DNA of 64,000 nt from Bdellovibrionales bacterium (GTDB lineage: Bacteria; Bdellovibrionota; Bdellovibrionia; Bdellovibrionales; CAYMLA01): the NCBI GenBank assembly GCA_965217115.1, contig OZ244239.1, positions 2,048,001-2,112,000 of the forward strand. Direction: 5' to 3'. A program made the translations under genes and the position numbers. How positions within the stretch are numbered: position 1 is the stretch's first letter; the number at the start of each line of letters is the position of its first letter. Below are positions 48,249 through 58,151 of this stretch, piece by piece. The notes below the pieces were generated by a model. It worked only from the letters and a program-made list of their open reading frames with translations. It made no database searches and had not been told where the DNA came from.

Positions 48249-48953
48249 GTGGATATGAAAAAATTAATTATTATACCGACTTATAATGAATTAGAGAATA
48301 TTCAGAAGATTATTCCAGAGATTTTAGATAAAAATCCTGGAGTTGATATTTTGGTGGTGGACGATAGCTCTCCAGATGGAACAGGTCGAGTGGTTGAGTC
48401 TTTAAGTCGTGAAAATAAAAAAATAAACCTTCTCAGCCGTAAAGAAAAAAAGGGTTTGGGAAAAGCCTATTTAGCAGGGTTTCAATGGGGATTGGATGAA
48501 GGCTATGATGTCTTAGTGGAGATGGATGCCGATTTTTCCCATCGCCCAGAGGATTTAGTTAATTTATTAAAAGAGTGTGGAAAAAATGATTTTGTGGTTG
48601 GATCTCGTTATGTTCCTCAGGGGCAGACAGTTAATTGGAGTTTAGGAAGGATTTTTATTAGCCGCTTTGGCAGCCTATATGCTCGTTGTATTTTAGGTTA
48701 TAAATTAAAAGATTGGACGGGGGGGTTTAATGCCTGGAAGCGAGGGACTCTTGAGAAAATGGGTTTAGAGAATATCCAATCTAATGGTTATAGTTTTCAG
48801 ATTGAGCTTAAGTACCGTGCCTTGAGGGATGGCTTTGAAGGTATTGAAGTGCCAATTGTTTTTGAAGACCGTCAGGTGGGACAGAGTAAGATGTCTTTAA
48901 AAATCGTGATAGAAGCTTTTTTTAGAGTGTGGCAATTCCGTTGGAAAAAATAG
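48249..48953 (+). CDS. polyprenol monophosphomannose synthase-like GT2
   Basis: 'IIPTYNE', 'VDDSSPDGT', 'EMDADFSH', 'GYSFQIE'. Confidence 0.9.
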   Translation: MDMKKLIIIPTYNELENIQKIIPEILDKNPGVDILVVDDSSPDGTGRVVESLSRENKKINLLSRKEKKGLGKAYLAGFQWGLDEGYDVLVEMDADFSHRPEDLVNLLKECGKNDFVVGSRYVPQGQTVNWSLGRIFISRFGSLYARCILGYKLKDWTGGFNAWKRGTLEKMGLENIQSNGYSFQIELKYRALRDGFEGIEVPIVFEDRQVGQSKMSLKIVIEAFFRVWQFRWKK

Positions 48954-48986
48954 GTTGAAATATTTCCCCCATGTATCGGTTTTTTT

Positions 48987-50330
48987 TTATCCTTTTAAGG
49001 GGTGGCTAATAATACGAAGCTGTGTAAATTGGCGATGTCCCTCTTTAGAGCCATGGAAACCGTAACCGCTTTGCTTAGCACCAACCCAAGGACACCCTTT
49101 GGCCCCCGAAGGACTGCGATTGAGGCCGACCATTCCTGAGTTGAGGCTTCTAGCTATTTTTTGAGAACGATCAAGGTCTTTGCTGAAAATCACTCCACCA
49201 AGAGCATAGTTTCCGAGATTGGCTAATTTTACGGCCTCACTGTCTGATTTGACACGCACGACACAGGCAACAGGGCCAAATGTCTCTTCTCTCATGATGT
49301 TCATCTCAGGGGTGAGGTTTTCTAAAATGATGGGAGAAAAATAGTTACTGCTGTCTTGGCAGAGTTCGCCATAGATAATTTTAGCTCCATCACTGAGGGC
49401 ATCTTTGACCTGTTGAAGGACGTGATCTTTTTGTCTTCGATGGATCATATGTCCTATCTGAATATCTGCCGTGTGTCTCTTTAACTTTTCAATAAAATCA
49501 TCTGCAACAGTATCCCTAACGTAGATCTTCTCTGTGCTAACACAAACTTGTCCTGCATTACGAAAAGAGCTGGTGGCAGCGAATTGAGCAGCGGCTTCCA
49601 GATCAGCGTCTTCTGCCACGATAAGAGGGTCCTTCCCACCAAGCTCTAAGATGACTCTCTTTAAATCACAGCTAGCAGTTCCAAGAATTTTCTTACCAGT
49701 GGCTTGAGAACCAGTGAAGGTTATCAATTGCACGTCGGATTCAACGAGTTGCTGCCCCTGTTGTCCAGTGCCAATAATCACTTGTAGGACATTCTCAGGA
49801 AGGGCTTGATTGAGCAATTCGGCATATTTGAGACCTATAAGGGTCACCTCTTCAGAGGGTTTAAAGAGGACAGTGTTTCCAGCTAGCAGGCTAGGTATTA
49901 TAAGGGTGTGTGGCATACCTAAGGGGAAATTCCATGGTGTAATACTTGCGCAGACTCCTAAGGGGTCATGGTAAATATGGGTTTTGGTGGCCGTGTCTGT
50001 ACGAATTTCAGAGGACAGGGCGTCTTTGACCTCTTGATATAGAGGCTCAAGATTTCCGCAATAGTGCTGGATCTCTCTCTCAGCTTCGAGCGGAGTTTTT
50101 CCCATTTCATCGTGAATGAGCTGAGCCATGTCCTCTCTGTTGCTAAAAATAAGGTCATAGCCTTTTTTGATGTGATTCATTCGTTCATCAATGGTGAGTT
50201 GTCTCCATGATTCCTGTGCCCTGTGGGCTTGGGAAACCTTGCTCTTAATATCTTGCTGAGATGTGATTGGAAGCTCTTTAATAAGTTTACCAGTTGTAGG
50301 ATTAAAGGACTCAAGTGTGGTTTTTTCCAT
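48987..50330 (-). CDS. NAD(P)-dependent aldehyde dehydrogenase
   Basis: 'ITPWNFP', 'FTGS', 'LELGGKDP', 'NAGQVCVS', 'EETFGPV'. Confidence 0.94.
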   Translation of the reverse strand: MEKTTLESFNPTTGKLIKELPITSQQDIKSKVSQAHRAQESWRQLTIDERMNHIKKGYDLIFSNREDMAQLIHDEMGKTPLEAEREIQHYCGNLEPLYQEVKDALSSEIRTDTATKTHIYHDPLGVCASITPWNFPLGMPHTLIIPSLLAGNTVLFKPSEEVTLIGLKYAELLNQALPENVLQVIIGTGQQGQQLVESDVQLITFTGSQATGKKILGTASCDLKRVILELGGKDPLIVAEDADLEAAAQFAATSSFRNAGQVCVSTEKIYVRDTVADDFIEKLKRHTADIQIGHMIHRRQKDHVLQQVKDALSDGAKIIYGELCQDSSNYFSPIILENLTPEMNIMREETFGPVACVVRVKSDSEAVKLANLGNYALGGVIFSKDLDRSQKIARSLNSGMVGLNRSPSGAKGCPWVGAKQSGYGFHGSKEGHRQFTQLRIISHPLKG

Positions 50331-50550
50331 AAGAGTAAACTCTCCTTGGTGATTTTCATGGGTTATATTAGATGGAAGAGATGAGAGGAGAGCTTAATTT
50401 GTTTCTCACCTTGGGGCAAGTGATATATCTCCCTAGAGAGACTTCCTAGAGATCAGACTTTTGTCTATTTTTTTTTTAAAATAAAAAAATTATTTATAAA
50501 TACGTTACAATTTTAGAGTTAGATATCCCTTATACTGTGGAGTGGAATTG

Positions 50551-51684
50551 ATGATGATTCGTAGCGTTTTTATCCTTTTATTTCTTATAGTCGGCTGCCA
50601 AACTTCTCCCCTAAAAGAGCAGGCAAAAAAAGTGAGACAGCCAAGTTCAAGCAGCATAATGAAGGGGCCTGTCACTTTGGTTTATCATCGTTTTGGACCG
50701 CCAAATTCATCAACGAGTACCCATTCTGAACTTTTTAAAAAACAAATGGGCTATTTAGCAGCCCAGGGCTTTGATTTTTTAGATGCCGAGAGCGCCATCG
50801 AAGATTTAAAAAACTCAAAAAAAGAGGGAGAACATAGTTTCTATTCAAATAGGGCAGTTATCATAACCTTCGATGACCCCCATAAATCTATATTTACAGT
50901 GGGGGCAGCTCTTTTTAGAGAGTATGATATCCCTGTCATGTTATTTATTAATACGGACGATGTCGGGAAGAAAAAAAGCATGAGTTGGGAGCAAATTAAT
51001 CAGCTTCTCAATGATCCTTCGCTGCGTGTAAAAATAGGGTGTCACTCCTACAAGCATGCGAACATGCCTTCAACAATGACTCCACTTGAAATGAAAAATG
51101 ATTTACAGATATGTATGGAAACAATTAAAGAAAAAACAGGGAAGTCTCCCAAACTATTTGCCTATCCTTATGGTGAATATTCTGAGGAGCTTATCAATGT
51201 GGTGAAAGACTTGGGGTTTAAAGCTGCATTTGCTCAATACTCTGGTGTTGTCTATGAAGGGTCTAACTTCTTTGCCTTACCCCGCTTCCCAATGAATGAT
51301 TTCTATGGAAAAATTAAGGAAGGAGGAACTGATTTTCGTTTGAAAGTGAACACTCTTCCACTGCCTATTGAAATTGTTAATCAAGAAAATATGATGCGTG
51401 GATCGAAGATACCAGCAAGGATTGAATTTACATTAGACCCCGGATTGCGGGCAAGTGATCTTAGGTGTTTTTCGAATGTTGAAATAGTAGAGACCCGAGA
51501 GGAGTTAAGTAAGCATAATAAAGCTATGTGGCGTGACAAATCCCGCTTCATTCTTCAATGGAATAAGCCCTTTTCTTCCCGCCGTGAATATATTAACTGC
51601 ACTTTATTGGGAATTAGAGGAAAACCAATTCGATATTATTGGCATTCTTTTAAGCTAGGTGATCCGAATCTTCCTGAGAGATAA
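50551..51684 (+). CDS. polysaccharide deacetylase (CE4) lipoprotein
   Basis: Lipobox IVGC; 'YHRF', 'ITFDD', 'HSYKH', 'FAYPYGE'. Confidence 0.9.
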   Translation: MMIRSVFILLFLIVGCQTSPLKEQAKKVRQPSSSSIMKGPVTLVYHRFGPPNSSTSTHSELFKKQMGYLAAQGFDFLDAESAIEDLKNSKKEGEHSFYSNRAVIITFDDPHKSIFTVGAALFREYDIPVMLFINTDDVGKKKSMSWEQINQLLNDPSLRVKIGCHSYKHANMPSTMTPLEMKNDLQICMETIKEKTGKSPKLFAYPYGEYSEELINVVKDLGFKAAFAQYSGVVYEGSNFFALPRFPMNDFYGKIKEGGTDFRLKVNTLPLPIEIVNQENMMRGSKIPARIEFTLDPGLRASDLRCFSNVEIVETREELSKHNKAMWRDKSRFILQWNKPFSSRREYINCTLLGIRGKPIRYYWHSFKLGDPNLPER

Positions 51685-51729
51685 GATGTCTAGAGAGAGC
51701 CATCTTTCATGGCTCAAATATCTGCAGGC

Positions 51730-52296
51730 CTAGTGTTTTCTATACCAAGGCGTTTTCCTTAGAATAAATGTTAAGATGAGGGCCAACAGTATTCCTAGGG
51801 TGGCACCTCCTAAAACATCCAAAGGAAAATGAACCCCAACATATGTTCTGCTGTAGGCAATGGTCATTGCGAGGAAGTAGGTTGGCCACATGACAGGATA
51901 GGCAAGAGTGAGATAGGTGGCTGCAGCAAAATTATTGGCGGCGTGATTTGAAGTGAAGCTCCAGCCAGCATGGGGCCGTGTTTTTAAGTGAACATTGAGA
52001 TCTTGATGGTGGCGGGGTCTAAGCCGTTGCACGTTGGCTTTGATAAGACGATGGGAGATAAGATCCGTTGCTCCTACAACGAGAATAAGAGCGAAGAAAT
52101 GTTTAAGGGCCTTCTTCCGTGAAAGAAAGAACCAAGTTATAAGAATTGAAGGAACCAGAATAAACTTAAACCACCAGATCCTGTGTAAATCAGTTATTCC
52201 TGGCATGAGCATATCTAAAAGAGAAGAGGTCCATTGGTTGTGAATTAAATCAAAGAGGGTTTTGTCTAAAGCGATGATTTCTTGCAACATATCCAA
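51730..52296 (-). CDS. PAP2-family phosphatase
   Basis: 'K...RLRP', 'SFTSNHA', 'SRTYVGVHFPLDV'. Confidence 0.92.
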   Translation of the reverse strand: MDMLQEIIALDKTLFDLIHNQWTSSLLDMLMPGITDLHRIWWFKFILVPSILITWFFLSRKKALKHFFALILVVGATDLISHRLIKANVQRLRPRHHQDLNVHLKTRPHAGWSFTSNHAANNFAAATYLTLAYPVMWPTYFLAMTIAYSRTYVGVHFPLDVLGGATLGILLALILTFILRKTPWYRKH

Positions 52297-52310
52297 GCTC
52301 CGTTAAAGGA

Positions 52311-53348
52311 CTACTTTAACGCCTGTGCCAGATCATTGGCAACTTCTTTAGGGGAGATGCTGACCAGGCATTCCTGGTAAGAGTTCCTATTCGTGCAGGG
52401 TCCTTGACCGTGTTTACTACAAGGGCGGCAGGAGAGTTCCCTCTCTTTGATAACAGTGGTTGCGCGACCGGGGTAACCAAAAGGAGCTGGGCCCATGAGG
52501 GCAATACACTTCATGCCCAATTGTTCGGCAATGTGCATAAGCCCAGTGTCGTTAGACACCAAGGCTTTGCAGAGAGATACAGCGGCAGAGCTCTCCTCAA
52601 AAGAGAGTCGTCCAGCTAGATTCATGGTTCTTTCAGGTGCGATGTTAGCGATCTCTTGGATGAAATGATCCTCTGGTCCACCGAATAGAAGAAACTGCCA
52701 TTGGGGATTATTTAGAATCAATTTCTGCCAGTGTTGCAGGGGCCATCGTTTTAATTCGTAGGAGGACGAAGGAGCTAGAGCAATAAGTGGACGTTGATTA
52801 TTAGAGGGGGGTCCAATTCTCTCTTCGGTTCGGAGTAAAAGTTCTACGGAAAAAAACACTTGTGGGCATGGAGGAAGACGAGTTGGAATTCCCCAGCGCA
52901 CCAAAGGTTCGATGAGGGCTATTTGTCCAGGAAATGGTTTTGGGTAACGATTGATTCGGAGATAAAAAAGAAGAAAGCGTTTCCAGCGATAGCCTGAACG
53001 ACGTAAAAAGTGATAGGGGCGAAAGAACCAGAGCATCCCTCCCAGGCCCCAGTGAATCATGCGTGAGCGCAGATTATTATGGGCATCATAGACGTGGGTA
53101 AACCGTTCTTTTCTGAGAGCTTTTATAAGCTGTATTAATCCTGGAAGACCCGATAGCCGATCGAGACTCCAAACTTTATTTATGCACGGGTGGCTCTGTA
53201 GAAGTGTTGAGTACTCCTTGCGTGTGACAAAGTGAACAGTGGCCTGGGGAAACTGAGTCTTAATCACGGAGGGAATACTAAGAGATTGAACCACATCCCC
53301 GAAGCTTGAAAATCGAATGACTAAAAATTTCTCCTGTTCTTTTGCCAT
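52311..53348 (-). CDS. GT9 ADP-heptose:LPS heptosyltransferase
   Basis: 'IRFSSFGDVV', 'KRWP', 'SNDTGLMHIA'. Confidence 0.92.
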   Translation of the reverse strand: MAKEQEKFLVIRFSSFGDVVQSLSIPSVIKTQFPQATVHFVTRKEYSTLLQSHPCINKVWSLDRLSGLPGLIQLIKALRKERFTHVYDAHNNLRSRMIHWGLGGMLWFFRPYHFLRRSGYRWKRFLLFYLRINRYPKPFPGQIALIEPLVRWGIPTRLPPCPQVFFSVELLLRTEERIGPPSNNQRPLIALAPSSSYELKRWPLQHWQKLILNNPQWQFLLFGGPEDHFIQEIANIAPERTMNLAGRLSFEESSAAVSLCKALVSNDTGLMHIAEQLGMKCIALMGPAPFGYPGRATTVIKERELSCRPCSKHGQGPCTNRNSYQECLVSISPKEVANDLAQALK

Positions 53349-53370
53349 AGGTCTCTAGTGATAACATCCC

Positions 53371-54594
53371 TTGATCTTTATTTCAATGCTGGGTATGAGA
53401 GATATGGGGGTACTAGAGTTGATCTTGCCATTGATTGTCCTTTCTTATTTGAGTTTATTTATTTTTGGTTTCTTAGACAACATCAGGGGTCCCCTGTTTT
53501 CTGATATTCTAGAGTCTTTTAATCTGACTGACGGACAGGGGGGAGCCTTCTTTGCAATGGCTTCTCTAGGCTCTTTTGCAGGTGGATTATTAGCGAAAAG
53601 ATTGTTTTCATCTTTTAAGATCTGGCAAATTAATCAATGGGCTCTGCTCTGCATCCTTGTGGGAGCTTTTGGAACTGGATGGGAGAGAGATTACAGTGTT
53701 GTCCTCCTTTTTTCTTTTATTTTTGGAGTGGGGTTAGGTGTTCTGGGAGTGGCGGTGAACGTTATGGTTCAGAGGGGGAGTTCGGAGAAGAAGTTACGTC
53801 AAATGATGTCAGGCTTGCATAGTTGTTACGGGTTATCAGCCCTCTTAGCTCCGTTTGTTGTGGCCTATGGTTATGGCAAGGGGTTCACTTGGCAGGAAAT
53901 GATTATGGGAACTTCCCTATTGCCATTGTTAATTATTGTTGGAGTTCTTTTTAAGAGAAAATCAATGGACAGGGAAATCATAGAAGAGAGTCAGAAGGAA
54001 ACCCCGAAAGAAATTCCAAAAAAAATCCCGAAAAAAATCAATGGGAGGACGGCTATAGATTCGAAGATGGGGGTCTTTGTCTTGGCCAACGCTCTCTATG
54101 TCTCCAGTGAATTAGCTATTTCCACACGTCTGGCTCTCTATATGCGTCGTTATGGGGAGACCCCTGAAGTTGCATCCTATTATCTGTCGCTATTTTTTCT
54201 GGGACTTTTCATTTCTCGTTTGGTCCTTATCAAGTCAATAGCCCTCTCCCATCGTGTGATTATTTTAGGGGCATCGTTAAGTTCAATTGTCTCTTGGCTG
54301 TTGGGTCTTTGGGTGCATCCACTTTTTTTCTGTATACTGGGAATAACGATGGGACCTATCTTCCCTGTGTCAATGGCCTATGCGAGGGATGTATTTGCCA
54401 ACAAGGCGAGCCATGTGGTGGCCTACTCAATCTCGGCTATGTCGTTGGCAATCATGGTGATGCATAGTTTGATTGGTTGGTTAACAGATCTTTTTAATCT
54501 GCGATGGGCGTTACATCTAGCTGTATTAGTTTTACTGGTGCATTTTGTATTGATGAAAATATTATCCCGCAGAGTGGAGGGAGAAGGATATTGA
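53371..54594 (+). CDS. MFS transporter (start may be 53404)
   Basis: About 12 TM segments; 'LHSCYGLSALLAP'. Confidence 0.85.
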   Translation: MIFISMLGMRDMGVLELILPLIVLSYLSLFIFGFLDNIRGPLFSDILESFNLTDGQGGAFFAMASLGSFAGGLLAKRLFSSFKIWQINQWALLCILVGAFGTGWERDYSVVLLFSFIFGVGLGVLGVAVNVMVQRGSSEKKLRQMMSGLHSCYGLSALLAPFVVAYGYGKGFTWQEMIMGTSLLPLLIIVGVLFKRKSMDREIIEESQKETPKEIPKKIPKKINGRTAIDSKMGVFVLANALYVSSELAISTRLALYMRRYGETPEVASYYLSLFFLGLFISRLVLIKSIALSHRVIILGASLSSIVSWLLGLWVHPLFFCILGITMGPIFPVSMAYARDVFANKASHVVAYSISAMSLAIMVMHSLIGWLTDLFNLRWALHLAVLVLLVHFVLMKILSRRVEGEGY

Positions 54595-55841
54595 AAGAGT
54601 CCTATCAATTCTATTTGGTTATCCCGGTCGGTCTTGAAAAAATAGCTTTAGAGGAGCTGAGTTACTGGTGGCCTCTCTTGCAAAAAAATACGGCAATGGA
54701 CTCTCTACCACCGGTGGAGAGAACAAAGGGAGGTCTTGAGTTCACTTGTGCCATGAACTTAGGGCTACAGCTGAATTATTTATTAAAAATCCCTTCGCGT
54801 ATTTTGCTCCGTTTACAGGTTTTCCCCTGCACATCGTTTAAGGAGTTTTCAAAGAAGATCTCCCAGATTTCTTGGAGTGAGTTTTGGTCAGAGCCTCTAG
54901 ATATTAAACTACACACGAGTTCCCACGGTTCAGCTCTCTACACAGCTAAGCGCATTGAAGGGAGTTTTCGCGATGGTTGGAAGGAGTTTTGGAAAGGAGA
55001 AACAGGGGGGGGAGCTGAAGGGAAACCAATCTCAAACAGTTCTCAAAGTATCTTTGTAAGATTGGTAGATGATGTGGCAACAGTGAGCCTAGATACATCG
55101 GGGGAGCATCTTCACCGCAGAGGTCAGAGGTCCCACATTGGGCAAGCGCCATTGCGCGAGAACTTAGCCGCAGCCCTATTGTGGTTAATGATTGGGAAGA
55201 ATGGATTTAATAATTTAGGAGAGACCATTTTAGCTGATCCCATGTCAGGCTCAGGTATTTTCATGTTGGAAGCCTATCAGTTATTGAAGGTAAAGAAGGA
55301 ACGTGATTACAGTTTTCAGAATTGGAAGAAGGGGCAGAGAGATGGAGTGGCGAGATCCCATTGGCAGCAAGAGACCTTTGGGGGTTATGAGTTGTGGGAT
55401 ATAGATAAGAAGATGTTACAGGCCATCGATTCAAATCAGGAGGGCATACCTGAAGAGATGTTTGAAGTGCGACACAGTGACATCATTGACTTGCAAGGGG
55501 TGAGTTCTAAAGAGATGAGTGGTAGAGAGATGGGTGGTGAAGAAATGAGTGGTAAAGACAGAGGAGCGAACCCTCTATGGGTGATCGTCAACCCCCCCTA
55601 CGGAGAGCGTTTAAAAGTCGAAGGCTCTTTAGTGGATTATTACAGTCGTCTCTGTATGAATATTCAGAGAGTGTGGCAACCCAGTGTTGTGGGACTCATC
55701 ATCCCTCGCAAGGTGGGTATAAAGAAGATAAAAACATCTCCACACTGGGAGTCACAGAAATCCTGGTTTTTCCAAAACGGGGGAATCCCCGTTGGCTTTC
55801 ATCTATTCTCAGTTAAACGGGAATTTCAAAGGCCTACTTAA
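54591..55841 (+). CDS. THUMP-domain RNA methyltransferase (RlmL-like)
   Basis: 'SLDTSGEHLHRRG', 'APLRENLAAA', 'DPMSGSG', 'VNPPYGERL'. TTG 54591 with an upstream RBS overlaps the MFS stop. Confidence 0.88.
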   Translation: MKESYQFYLVIPVGLEKIALEELSYWWPLLQKNTAMDSLPPVERTKGGLEFTCAMNLGLQLNYLLKIPSRILLRLQVFPCTSFKEFSKKISQISWSEFWSEPLDIKLHTSSHGSALYTAKRIEGSFRDGWKEFWKGETGGGAEGKPISNSSQSIFVRLVDDVATVSLDTSGEHLHRRGQRSHIGQAPLRENLAAALLWLMIGKNGFNNLGETILADPMSGSGIFMLEAYQLLKVKKERDYSFQNWKKGQRDGVARSHWQQETFGGYELWDIDKKMLQAIDSNQEGIPEEMFEVRHSDIIDLQGVSSKEMSGREMGGEEMSGKDRGANPLWVIVNPPYGERLKVEGSLVDYYSRLCMNIQRVWQPSVVGLIIPRKVGIKKIKTSPHWESQKSWFFQNGGIPVGFHLFSVKREFQRPT

Positions 55842-55871
55842 AGGGGGAATCATTGACTCAAAATCAAGTCA

Positions 55872-56693
55872 TTACTTTTGAGTGTCAAAACAATAGCTCT
55901 CCGATGTGTGATAGAACCTATCCTCTGACCAGTTGTCTTTATTGTTTTTAAATGGATGGAGATTTATCAGAATCCTTGAGCGTTCGTTTCCACTGGGGTC
56001 CAGTAGAGAAGAGTAGGTGTTAGGGTTTGAGTAGAATGCAGGAATAAGAGCATCGGTCTCATGGAGCAAGGTATCGATATCACCGTTGGCATCGTTATCA
56101 TCGTTATTGTAACCAGCGATCTTGATGGCATGATCGTAACGTCCTATTCCAGAGACGACAAAATGAATCTGCTCAAACCATTCCTGGGGAGAGCTTCCAC
56201 TAACCTTGGCAAATGGATTCCCATCATTATGCTCGTTGATGATGTTTTGCAAAACAGTGTAGGAGAGGGTGTCATAATAACCTGAGATAGGAATTGATTG
56301 CCCGTACCCTTTAAGCTCTAGGCGAAATTCTAACGGTGTTTCAGAGATGTCCGTGCTTTGATGATCCAGTGCTTCCCATTTAAAGAGGCGAATATAGTAA
56401 TTCGCAGTGCTGGAGAAGTTGCTTGTATTGATGGAGTTCATCTTTAAATAGACAAACTCAAAGCTAGCGTTGCCACCGCTATCATGGAGAACCTTCATGT
56501 CGGCATCAATAAATGAGCTATCAAATGAATTGCACTGAGCCACTTTTCCAGAAGAGTCATCGGTTCCGATACGACTGGCCTGGTTCGAAGAACCATCTCC
56601 TATCTTCTGACTGCCGCAACCTATGGAGAATAACCCTATAATGATGGTGCTGCATAAGAAAAGACACTTAGATACTTTTGTTGAATGTTTCAT
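55872..56693 (-). CDS. hypothetical lipoprotein
   Basis: GGAGG RBS before ATG 56693; lipobox-like SIGC. Confidence 0.7.
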   Translation of the reverse strand: MKHSTKVSKCLFLCSTIIIGLFSIGCGSQKIGDGSSNQASRIGTDDSSGKVAQCNSFDSSFIDADMKVLHDSGGNASFEFVYLKMNSINTSNFSSTANYYIRLFKWEALDHQSTDISETPLEFRLELKGYGQSIPISGYYDTLSYTVLQNIINEHNDGNPFAKVSGSSPQEWFEQIHFVVSGIGRYDHAIKIAGYNNDDNDANGDIDTLLHETDALIPAFYSNPNTYSSLLDPSGNERSRILINLHPFKNNKDNWSEDRFYHTSESYCFDTQK

Positions 56694-56721
56694 TTTTCCT
56701 CCCGTTCTTAATTGTATATAC

Positions 56722-56737
56722 AGCAAGGATGATGCCA
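56722..56737 (-). promoter_or_regulatory. sigma-54 promoter
   Basis: Minus strand TGGCATCATCCTTGCT, about 30 nt upstream of ATG 56693. Confidence 0.65.
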
Positions 56738-56901
56738 GTATCATATTGGGGCACAGAGAAAATAACAGCAATATTATATACTTAGGCGGCTCCATCCAGT
56801 CTTAAATTGAGACGGTGTGACTTGATATGGGGCCGTGCAAGTTGCAGAATCGTCTGTGGGTTGTCTACACTGAAATGAGCGTTAAAAAAAAGCGGGTAAA
56901 T

Positions 56902-57768
56902 ATGCGAAATATTTTAAGTAATTACAAAACTGTCGTTTTGTTAGTCACGAGTCTGGGTTTTATGTGCTCCTGTGCAACGATTTCTCAGTTAAAAGACGGG
57001 CAAGTGCTCCATGGATTGGAGGAGAGCCTCTTAAAAGTCCCCCTGTTCTTGCATTTGAAATCAGTGAGAGGCGAAGTGGACAGGGTGTTTATTTATACGG
57101 AGGCTATTAATCAACATCACATAAACGGGCGTTCGCCAGTGTTAAAGAAAAACATCACGTCTTTTCTTGTGGAGATTGAGAACTTAGGTGTTGATACAGA
57201 GAACCACCTAAATCAGCGTGTGCATGTTTTAAACAAAGAGGGAGAGTCGGATTTACATGATTACGCATACCCTCGATTAGGAGAGGTGTTTAACTATCAG
57301 TACAAGAGAAATGGCGAGGTTCTACAGGTAGAGAATTTTCCAAGGGATTCTCTTTTTTATGTGCCAGCGATCTCTCTACCTAAAGGGAAAAAAGGAAAGG
57401 GAGACACATGGGCATTGCAGAGATCATGGTGGGACTCTAAAAACAACGTGCAGCTAAATTTAGACATGGTAACGATTTTGGAGAGTTTCTTAGAATGTGG
57501 TGAAGGTCATATCTGTGCATTGTTGTCTATTGATGGGAAAGTCACGATCCCCTCGATGGTTAATAGTATTGAATCAGGTTTTTTAGGGCGTTTATCAGGA
57601 GAGATTCTTTTTTCCGTTGAGAAGGGAGTCGTGCTTGTATCAAACATAAAATCAGAAGAAGCCCTGCAAATCGGAGATGAGACAATAGAAACCCATTCCT
57701 GTTTAAAGAGCGTGCTCATCTCTTCAAAAGTAGCAAGGGGCTTTAAAAAAAGTAAGTCTTGTGAATAG
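56902..57768 (+). CDS. hypothetical lipoprotein
   Basis: N-terminal hydrophobic stretch ending MCSC; long beta-rich ORF. Confidence 0.65.
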   Translation: MRNILSNYKTVVLLVTSLGFMCSCATISQLKDGQVLHGLEESLLKVPLFLHLKSVRGEVDRVFIYTEAINQHHINGRSPVLKKNITSFLVEIENLGVDTENHLNQRVHVLNKEGESDLHDYAYPRLGEVFNYQYKRNGEVLQVENFPRDSLFYVPAISLPKGKKGKGDTWALQRSWWDSKNNVQLNLDMVTILESFLECGEGHICALLSIDGKVTIPSMVNSIESGFLGRLSGEILFSVEKGVVLVSNIKSEEALQIGDETIETHSCLKSVLISSKVARGFKKSKSCE

Positions 57769-57836
57769 TTAAAAGGTTCTTTATGACAAACATATGACAA
57801 ACAATGGTGGAGCCAGTTTTTTTTCTGATGAGCCGT

Positions 57837-57988
57837 TTTTTTTCTAGAGTCTCTCCCAAAAGAATCCAGCCCTTTTCTTGCTCAAACATCCGTTTGTCAC
57901 CTTCCATTGCAGAGAAATGCAATGGAAGTCGCCAAGCCAAACTCGCCGAAAAGAACTGGATTCTTTTGGGAGAGACTCTAGAAAAAAA
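57837..57988. repeat. 152-bp element with perfect 33-bp terminal inverted repeats and an internal hairpin
   Basis: TTTTTTTCTAGAGTCTCTCCCAAAAGAATCCAG (57837-57869) and its exact reverse complement (57956-57988); internal CTTCCATTGCA-GAGAAA-TGCAATGGAAG. Confidence 0.9.
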
Positions 57989-58151
57989 GAACGTATTCAA
58001 TCAATTGAGTCAATGGATCTCTTTCTATGACTGACCTCCATGTATAACAACGCTGTTATCCATGGATAGTTTTAGAAAGAGAGCCCTCAAGATGGATCTC
58101 TTGGGAACATTTCTACTATTTATCACAAAGAACCAGTTAAAACCATGCCCT

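Noticed and set aside
57743..58034. Overlapping ORFs 57743-58000 (-) and 57804-58034 (+) with mirrored peptides
   Set aside because: Artefacts of the inverted repeat.
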